From a bacterium (GTDB taxonomy: Bacteria; Bacteroidota; Bacteroidia; NS11-12g; UBA9320): a DNA stretch of 64,000 bases. Shown here piece after piece: positions 57,578-64,000 of the stretch. The DNA lies in assembly GCA_018223105.1 (NCBI GenBank), contig JAAEYY010000001.1:214544-278543 (forward strand), written 5' to 3'. The translations under genes and the position numbers were made by a program. Under the pieces are notes generated by a model. That model searched no databases. It was not told the DNA's origin and saw only the letters and a program-made list of their open reading frames with translations. How positions within the stretch are numbered: position 1 is the stretch's first letter; every line of letters begins with the position of its first letter.

Positions 57578-58189
57578 TCAGTAAAGGCTATAATTTACCT
57601 CGAGACCGATTTTATAACTGTCTAAAGGAAATGAGGTGCTAACATTGAAGGATCGAGAAAATGAAAGACCAATTTGGGTATAGTCAAATACCTCATAACA
57701 GACTCCAATCCCAAGATAAACTGCGTGATTTACCGCGAAAGGGGGATTGTTCCAAGGTAATATTCCACCACCTTCCGCACTGAGTCGGTGGAAAGAATAA
57801 CCCAGTTCAGTAAAGGGTGCAATTTGCGATTCGGTGAAGTAAAATCTATAGCCTAAACCAAAGGTGAATGCAGTTACTCCAGGGTATAATGTTGAGTCAG
57901 AGTCAGTTGACATACCTTCTCGAACAGAGAATCTCCAGGTAGGTATTGGCTCTTCTATCTGGTTGAATTTTGCAAAGCCCAGATCAATAATAAAGTTCAA
58001 TGGTAGATCATCTGATAATCTTCCATATCTTAATTCAAGGCCATTTCCTCCTGTAACAACCTGTTTCATGTTTTTTGCAGGGAAATAATGGGTGTACTCA
58101 AGAGATAAATTCGATGTACTTTCAAAGAAGGATTGAGCTCGTGAGTTTAGACTGATGCCTAATAGGCATAGAAAGGCAAGGTATTTCAT
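57578..58189 (-). CDS. outer-membrane beta-barrel protein (hypothetical)
   Basis: 203 aa. Signal peptide, ends ...VNYSLY. Confidence 0.4.
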   Translation of the reverse strand: MKYLAFLCLLGISLNSRAQSFFESTSNLSLEYTHYFPAKNMKQVVTGGNGLELRYGRLSDDLPLNFIIDLGFAKFNQIEEPIPTWRFSVREGMSTDSDSTLYPGVTAFTFGLGYRFYFTESQIAPFTELGYSFHRLSAEGGGILPWNNPPFAVNHAVYLGIGVCYEVFDYTQIGLSFSRSFNVSTSFPLDSYKIGLEVNYSLY

Positions 58190-58459
58190 AGGGTAAATTT
58201 GAACCCCAAAAATAAGTATTGATTTAAATATATTACCAAAAGAGGAATCATCATATAAAAATTCAGCCCGACCTTCCGCGAAAGATCGGGCTGAAAACTT
58301 CTAGCCTCGAGTTTCTCTATAGAAACTCAGTTTAACTGGCCGAAGTGTTCTTTAAGATGATGAATCCTGAGACAGGTTCTTGGCTTTTGATGGTACAAGG
58401 TTAGGCTGCTGATGTATCCGGAATATTACCTCAGGAATATGTTTTGATTACGACAGATC

Positions 58460-58924
58460 TCAGAAATCAGGACAACCTATCCATCTGGATCGAGGTGGAA
58501 CACTTTTATTTTTCTTGGGTTTAGGAGGTGTAGAATCTGTAGCTTGTTTTTCTGGTTCAGGAGTTTCAGCAGGAGGTACTTCCTTCACGACCTCCATTTC
58601 AATACTATCCGTCTCAATTTCCGGTTTAATTTCTACTTGTGCTGAAACCGGACTCACAGAAAAACCTAGAAATGAAAGCACACTTAAAGCACCAAATAGT
58701 AGTCTTCGATAACCTTTAAGCTTACTTTGATGAGTGAGCTGATCTGAGGTGAAAATGCCACAAGTGCCTTTCTGTATTACCTCCAGTATCACTTCGGTAC
58801 TCATGCCTCTAAAATCAACAATATTGCGATCACAGGCTTTACAGTGAAACTCTGATTTTAAGTTTTTCATCCTGGCTAAAGAAGCGGGACAAGGTTTTGG
58901 AATGGTGAGTCTGGGCTGAGGCAT
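58460..58924 (-). CDS. hypothetical single-pass membrane protein with N-terminal Cys-rich domain and Pro/Glu-rich tail
   Basis: 154 aa containing CPASL...HCKAC...GTCG, a TM helix, then PPAETPEPEKQATDSTPPKPKK. Confidence 0.4.
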   Translation of the reverse strand: MPQPRLTIPKPCPASLARMKNLKSEFHCKACDRNIVDFRGMSTEVILEVIQKGTCGIFTSDQLTHQSKLKGYRRLLFGALSVLSFLGFSVSPVSAQVEIKPEIETDSIEMEVVKEVPPAETPEPEKQATDSTPPKPKKNKSVPPRSRWIGCPDF

Positions 58925-59010
58925 AGGAGGAAGAAAGATACGAAAAATTATTCAATAAGTTCCTGAGTGGTCTGTAGAGCTCAGGTATAATTGAATAAAG
59001 ATGAAATGTA

Positions 59011-59649
59011 TTATCTCTTTACCGATTGTAATGTCTCATCCCAAGCATATTTGTAACTAATGATAACTTCATTTTCGTCGATAGAAGAGATTCCTACACA
59101 TTGAGAAGCAGTCGGGTAGGGGCCGCATTCTTCTTCTAAGAATTTACCTATGCCTTGGTCTTTATTGTTTTTGATATCAAATAAACGGAGATTATTTCTG
59201 TTCTCGCCGGTTTGTGGCAAATACAGAATCACTTGTTCTTCTTTTTTGTGATCGACTAGAATCCCCTTTTTGATTTCTTCACCGCTTTCTTTTTCAATAA
59301 TCCTAAAGTAGATCGGACGCTCTTCGCCAAATTTCTGAACAAATAGAAAGCTTTCCGCAAATTCTTGCTCTATATAACCCAGAGTTTCGCTTTTAGCCTC
59401 TTTTCGGGTCTCACTGAGTACCCGAACTTCAGTTTCGTTTTTATATAATGTAAGCTTTTGCTTAGCCCCTGAACTATCTGCACTAGTAGAATATTTTATA
59501 TTGAACCCTCCTTCCAAGTCGGTGGGGAAAGGATATGAGGTAGATTCATTCTCAGTAATCTCTTGTTCATTGCTTTTTTGTTCTTGCTCCTGCTCTGAGC
59601 TGCAAGCTGCAATAAATCCGAAAAGAAGTACGATTACGATGGTTCTCAT
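59011..59649 (-). CDS. hypothetical lipoprotein
   Basis: 212 aa with lipobox AAC. Confidence 0.4.
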   Translation of the reverse strand: MRTIVIVLLFGFIAACSSEQEQEQKSNEQEITENESTSYPFPTDLEGGFNIKYSTSADSSGAKQKLTLYKNETEVRVLSETRKEAKSETLGYIEQEFAESFLFVQKFGEERPIYFRIIEKESGEEIKKGILVDHKKEEQVILYLPQTGENRNNLRLFDIKNNKDQGIGKFLEEECGPYPTASQCVGISSIDENEVIISYKYAWDETLQSVKR

Positions 59650-59823
59650 TTGAGGGGTGTTCTTAAAATATTACGAAGTCAAAATTAAGTGAAATAGTGA
59701 AATGAATTTCATCATTATTAGATTGATTAGATCAATTTGGTGTATTCGACCGAAAGAGAGACTCGTCCGATTTGTGTAATCAGACCGATACTGTTATCCG
59801 TCCGATTCGTATCCAGGTGGTCA

Positions 59824-59851
59824 CCTAGGGTCCACTGCGTGAGACCCTAGG
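59824..59851. repeat. perfect 9-bp inverted repeat (cctagggtc-n10-gaccctagg) in an intergenic region
   Basis: Seen directly in the sequence. Sits between two minus-strand genes. Confidence 0.4.
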
Positions 59852-59885
59852 ATGGATTCGTGAGGTTTAAACTAAAATTTTAAAC

Positions 59886-60380
59886 TTAATGAAGAGGTGA
59901 AAGATCCAGCTCCGCTTCTAACATCTTCTTTAGTTTTCTTTTGACGTAGTAGTGCATACCAATAAAATAGAGTCTGAAAATGCTTGCCATTAATGGAAAG
60001 GCAATCACAAAAACCCAATTCTTAAGCATAATTGAGCCTACAATAGTCAAAATCAAAATGACGATAAACCAAATTAGGTAGAGATACTCAAACGCGTCAT
60101 TAATCTTAAACTTGAGATCCAATCTGTTTTCATCCAAAAAAGTACCTTGAGCTACACAGAATATTCCATAAGGCCTGAATGTAGAGGATGAGATTTTGAA
60201 ATAATTTGTCTCTACATGGCCTATGTATTTTTTATCCGTAAAGCTGAAATAAAAGCTGCGGTTTATTTTAGTTTTACTTTGAAGTAATGTCTTAATTTCC
60301 TCGGGCTCCATTACTGAAGTATATTGATATTCTTCATTTCGGAAAGGTAGGAGCATTTGAATTACCGTAGGCCTTCCCAT
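59886..60380 (-). CDS. hypothetical membrane protein
   Basis: 164 aa with 2 TM helices. Confidence 0.4.
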   Translation of the reverse strand: MGRPTVIQMLLPFRNEEYQYTSVMEPEEIKTLLQSKTKINRSFYFSFTDKKYIGHVETNYFKISSSTFRPYGIFCVAQGTFLDENRLDLKFKINDAFEYLYLIWFIVILILTIVGSIMLKNWVFVIAFPLMASIFRLYFIGMHYYVKRKLKKMLEAELDLSPLH

Positions 60381-60381
60381 A

Positions 60382-61032
60382 CTAATGTTGTCTTAAATGA
60401 TAAAGTACCCCGTGGTCCGTTGGAGACCAAATTGCTGTTTTTACCTTAGCTTTCTTTAGAGCTTTATTCACCCAGCTATTGCAGGTGTTGATGCAATTAT
60501 AGTCACCATTGGCTTCAAAAAACTTGTCAATCTTGGTATATCCTGCACCGTAAATTTCCATAATATCCCCTCGTGGGCTTAGCTTAAATGAGCTCTTAAT
60601 GTAAGAACTCAAGCTATCTAACTGTGCCTCACAAAGTTCCAGTTCAATCCATTTGTTTCTTTTCTGAGTATAGAACGTGGTGTGCATTGCAGTCTCACTA
60701 TTTATAAGCAAAGCTTTAAACGCGGTTTCCAAGGTGAGATCATCCCAGGTGGGGGTATTGATGTAAAAGCCTTTATCGCCCCAGCCAAATGCCACATATT
60801 TAGCCTGATCAATGGGTCTCAATTGGTTGAGGAATTCACCATTTATTAATTCTGTAGGGTAAATTATGTCGAGGTGGACCCCATTACTACTCACATAAAC
60901 TTTCTTATTTAGTTCGCATACTCCCGGCGTGCTTGCAGGTATATGAGATGCAAGGCTCAAAATGATGGCAAGAACACTGTATAATAGTATTGGAAGGATT
61001 ATTATTAAAGATATTTTCAATAATCGTTTCAA
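60382..61032 (-). CDS. hypothetical protein (TIGR02117/DUF2459-like?)
   Basis: 216 aa with an N-terminal TM. Recalled resemblance at motifs VSSNGVHLDIIYP, GWGDKGFY and NCNSWVNKAL; unverified. Confidence 0.35.
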   Translation of the reverse strand: MKRLLKISLIIILPILLYSVLAIILSLASHIPASTPGVCELNKKVYVSSNGVHLDIIYPTELINGEFLNQLRPIDQAKYVAFGWGDKGFYINTPTWDDLTLETAFKALLINSETAMHTTFYTQKRNKWIELELCEAQLDSLSSYIKSSFKLSPRGDIMEIYGAGYTKIDKFFEANGDYNCINTCNSWVNKALKKAKVKTAIWSPTDHGVLYHLRQH

Positions 61033-61062
61033 TGCTAATTTTAGACCCGTTGAGATCTGGTG

Positions 61063-61395
61063 TTAGACCTCTGTTTCTCCAATCTCCTGTAAAGCAGTGT
61101 CGTCAAAAACCGGTTCTTGCTTAGCCCAACTGCGCTTTAATATTTGATATAAAACTACTGTAGATATAATTCCTAATGGAATAGACATGATGCCCAAAGC
61201 TGCTTCAGATGTATTATCAAGAAAACCGGGGTTCACTGTTCCAATTATAATTCCCAGTAGAAACGCAAAAATGAACATACCGCCGTAATATGTGGCAACA
61301 CCTGCTATGGCAAAGCCCCACCTTGGACGATCGTACTTGTCTGCTAAATCGTAGTAATACTTGCCTACAAAATAGATGAAAATTAATCCGAGCAT
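61063..61395 (-). CDS. small integral membrane protein
   Basis: 110 aa with 3 TM helices. Confidence 0.4.
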   Translation of the reverse strand: MLGLIFIYFVGKYYYDLADKYDRPRWGFAIAGVATYYGGMFIFAFLLGIIIGTVNPGFLDNTSEAALGIMSIPLGIISTVVLYQILKRSWAKQEPVFDDTALQEIGETEV

Positions 61396-61425
61396 AATCT
61401 TAATTTTTATAGATGAATTTAGAGT

Positions 61426-61953
61426 TTACTTTTTCAATATGGCCCATTGTGTGATCTTACCCTCTTTAAATGCTACCATGGTTCGTATGTCCATGCCTTC
61501 ATCAGAAGAAATGCAAATCAAAGTACCGGGACAATCATATTTTAATGCGGTAACTTTTTTAAAATCTTCCGGACCACTGTTTTTGTCTATGATTACTTCT
61601 CCAATAGAAAAAGATCCTGTAAAGGAGGTCTCGGGAAACTTATCATCACCATCCCAATTAAAGTTGATTCCTAAGCCTTTTATTTTTCCATTCTTTTCGG
61701 TTATTACAATGCCGGTTTTATCGTAGAAGTGACTTATTTCTCCATTCGGATAGCTCTTTTTACGATCTGCTTTTTGTATAGTTTCTTCTAGTTCACTTAT
61801 CGCCTTATCTAGAATTTCAATATCGTTGAAACTAAGCTCACCTTTCGCGTTTACATTGATTTTTGGTTCTTCAACTGTTGTGAAGGCAATTGAAATACAG
61901 GCAATTAGCATTAAGATTATGCTAGGCTTTAGCAGAAGGGCAACTTGATTCAT
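61426..61953 (-). CDS. hypothetical secreted protein
   Basis: 175 aa with a signal peptide. Confidence 0.4.
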   Translation of the reverse strand: MNQVALLLKPSIILMLIACISIAFTTVEEPKINVNAKGELSFNDIEILDKAISELEETIQKADRKKSYPNGEISHFYDKTGIVITEKNGKIKGLGINFNWDGDDKFPETSFTGSFSIGEVIIDKNSGPEDFKKVTALKYDCPGTLICISSDEGMDIRTMVAFKEGKITQWAILKK

Positions 61954-62003
61954 TTTGGTAAAAATAAATTATTTCGGAGAAATAGTTCTCCTAAAATGTA
62001 TTT

Positions 62004-63284
62004 CTAAACTCCTATTTCCTTTTTTCTAATGGGTCGGTTATACCTTCTGATAATGATTCCTAGCGGACGATCGTAATTGATGTAATTCTGAATCCAATCA
62101 ATTAAGGTTACCACTTTGTTTCTAAAACCAACCAAAGATAAAAGGTGAACAAACATCCATATAATCCAGGCAAATCTTCCCTGAAATTTCCAATGCGGAA
62201 GATCTACCACTGCTCTGTTTTTGCCTATTGTGGCCATGGTCCCTTTGTTCTTGTATTCAAAAGGAATCATAGCTTGACCTGCTTCTTGCCTTTTTAGGTT
62301 CTTCGCCAAATGTTTTCCTTGCTGAATGGCTACTTGCGCTAACATGGGTAGTCCTTTAGGATTTTCTTCGGTGCAATGACCTGCGATATCACCAATAGCA
62401 AAAATTCGATCAGAACCTTTTAACTTGTTGAACTCGTTCACTGCAAATCGATTAGCAGGAGCATGCCGCGTTGAGTCGATTCCTTGTATTAAGGCACCTT
62501 TCACTCCTGCGGTCCAGAGTACCGTTTGCGTGTCGAATGTAGTTCCATCATCCAGAATAACAGCATTTCCTGTGAAGTCTTTCACCATTGCATTTAGATT
62601 CACGCTCACATTGAGTTCGTGCAGATACTCCAAAGCTGCTTTTGAAGACTCTTCCGACATGCCATTCAACAGAGCATCTTGGGCTTCAAAAAGATGGATG
62701 TCCATATGGCCAAAATCGAAATCGGGATAATCTTTGGGCAATACTTTAGCCCTCATTTCTGCCAAAGCACCCGCAATTTCAATTCCTGTGGGTCCGCCAC
62801 CTATGATGGCAATATTTACAATTTCTTTTTTCTCTCTATGTTCCTTGGCAATGACCGCTTTCTCCATATTCTGCATTAGAAAGCTTCTGATATCAAGTGC
62901 ATCTCTAATCCCCTTGAGGGGAAGCAATTGCTCTTTAATATCATCAAAATTGAAGAAGTTATGTGTGCTGCCTGCGGCGATCACCAAATAGTCGTAGTGT
63001 ATAAGGCCAATATCGGTTTCAATATTGGCTTCTTCCTCGTTGATCTTGATCACTTCCGCCATACGAAAGGTCACGTTTTTCATTCCACGCAATACTCTTC
63101 TCACCGGGTATACAATGCTATCGGGTTCCAATCCGCCGGTGGCTACTTGGTATAGTAGGGGTTGAAATGTATGGAAGTTGTTTTTGTCGATTAGTAGCAC
63201 TTCAAAGTTTGAATGTGCTAGATTTTTTGCAAGGGCGAGTCCTCCAAAACCCGCTCCAATTATGACGATCCGTTTTTGACTCAT
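62004..63284 (-). CDS. ndh: type II NADH:quinone oxidoreductase (NDH-2), FAD-dependent
   Basis: 426 aa with two dinucleotide-binding motifs (IVIIGAGFGG; IAIIGGGPTG). Confidence 0.8.
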   Translation of the reverse strand: MSQKRIVIIGAGFGGLALAKNLAHSNFEVLLIDKNNFHTFQPLLYQVATGGLEPDSIVYPVRRVLRGMKNVTFRMAEVIKINEEEANIETDIGLIHYDYLVIAAGSTHNFFNFDDIKEQLLPLKGIRDALDIRSFLMQNMEKAVIAKEHREKKEIVNIAIIGGGPTGIEIAGALAEMRAKVLPKDYPDFDFGHMDIHLFEAQDALLNGMSEESSKAALEYLHELNVSVNLNAMVKDFTGNAVILDDGTTFDTQTVLWTAGVKGALIQGIDSTRHAPANRFAVNEFNKLKGSDRIFAIGDIAGHCTEENPKGLPMLAQVAIQQGKHLAKNLKRQEAGQAMIPFEYKNKGTMATIGKNRAVVDLPHWKFQGRFAWIIWMFVHLLSLVGFRNKVVTLIDWIQNYINYDRPLGIIIRRYNRPIRKKEIGV

Positions 63285-63412
63285 CCGCCACTAAATTAAC
63301 AATAGAGTTTGGAATATGTTGTTATCTATACCTTTTATTTTGAGCAGCTTCCCGAAGCGCTTCATATTGGTTCTGGGAGGGGAGATTTAATGCTGTTATT
63401 CTAGTTAAAGAA

Positions 63413-63802
63413 TCAATTTTGGTCCTTTAAGAAAGTAAGCTTAAACTGTCTTGCCCATTCCGTGCCATATCCTGTCCAGACCATAGTGTCGCCTTTAACT
63501 TTAATGTTCCACTTGCTGTCGTCTTGAGGTCCGGCATCACTGTCGAGCACCAAGGTTTCAAGATCCTGATCCCAATCATAGGTGCCTGTGTTTTTGCCGG
63601 CAGGTCTACCTCCTGATTCAAAAGACGAATCGTCGTTTAGTATGATGTAACGCTCGTTAAAGGGATTGTGATCTTTACTCACATCAGTGTCGTTCTGGAA
63701 TACTCCGGTGATGTTCCATTTGAAATTGATATTCTGTTCCGGTTCATCAGCGCAAGCCGAAATAAAAAAGAGAATAATCAAGCTTGGAATAATCTTGCTC
63801 AT
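63413..63802 (-). CDS. hypothetical lipoprotein (the ORF continues upstream to the window edge in the same frame)
   Basis: Internal Met gives MSKIIPSLIILFFISAC, a lipobox signal peptide. The upstream in-frame extension has no ATG before the window end. Confidence 0.4.
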   Translation of the reverse strand: MSKIIPSLIILFFISACADEPEQNINFKWNITGVFQNDTDVSKDHNPFNERYIILNDDSSFESGGRPAGKNTGTYDWDQDLETLVLDSDAGPQDDSKWNIKVKGDTMVWTGYGTEWARQFKLTFLKDQN

Positions 63803-64000
63803 ACCCAATACTAAGGACTTAAAGTGACTTCTGAAAGATTTCTTGCCTTTTAATTGAAGAGTAAGCCAAATTTTTGTAGAACTGATGCGCTTCTTCTCGT
63901 TTGATATTACATCGCACCCTGCAATTTTGGAACCCGGGAAATGAAGTTTCAATGGCTTGAACAAGTGCTCGGCCAACACCTTGGCCTTGGTGATGTTGTC

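Noticed and set aside
63803-64000. In-frame upstream extension of the terminal lipoprotein ORF to the window edge
   Set aside because: No ATG before the window end, and the sequence is not signal-peptide-like. The internal Met with a lipobox is the more plausible start. The extension may be the 3' end of a separate truncated gene, but it cannot be resolved from this window.

Overview
This 64 kb window looks like a chromosomal segment from a Bacteroidetes genome, probably Flavobacteriia or Cytophagia. Evidence from the sequence: AT-rich DNA, two secreted proteins ending in the T9SS C-terminal sorting domain, a long-form PurF, many outer-membrane beta-barrel and lipoprotein genes, and little Shine-Dalgarno usage. 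Housekeeping genes are interleaved with accessory modules.

Recognisable content, in order:
- An ArsR-regulated merT/P plus GDCCVxC mercury-handling islet without merA, sitting next to tRNA-Asn.
- A lower meta-cleavage aromatic module: two divergent MhpD-family hydratase/decarboxylase paralogues, acylating acetaldehyde dehydrogenase, 4-hydroxy-2-oxovalerate aldolase, an aldehyde dehydrogenase and 4-hydroxyphenylpyruvate dioxygenase. The module is interrupted by GC-rich palindromic repeat elements and a 34-bp hairpin minisatellite.
- Housekeeping genes recJ, lptB, corA and rlmD, plus a 1105-aa membrane-anchored E/K-rich coiled-coil protein.
- The most interesting locus: a tightly overlapping seven-gene putative lipid biosynthetic operon at 22967-29950. 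It encodes a fatty-acid hydroxylase superfamily protein, a 3beta-HSD-like SDR, an MBL-fold hydrolase, an F390-synthetase/PaaK-like adenylating enzyme, a FabH-like KAS III, a PAPS-type sulfotransferase and a lipoprotein. Its arrangement resembles DarA/DarB (dialkylresorcinol) or OleA-D head-to-head condensation systems but carries an unusual sulfotransferase. A YceI lipid-binding protein and an NfeD/flotillin pair lie downstream.
- A second, function-unknown overlapping operon at 39531-45522: SDR, C11 clostripain-like peptidase, secreted and membrane proteins, metallophosphoesterase.
- A GH10 xylanase, an Fcy1-type cytosine deaminase and NDH-2.

Several apparently frameshifted or decayed genes are present: a DUF2188 gene, a zeta-toxin-like P-loop ATPase with its small partner gene, and an antitoxin-like remnant.

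No rRNA genes, CRISPR arrays, transposases or integrases were recognised.
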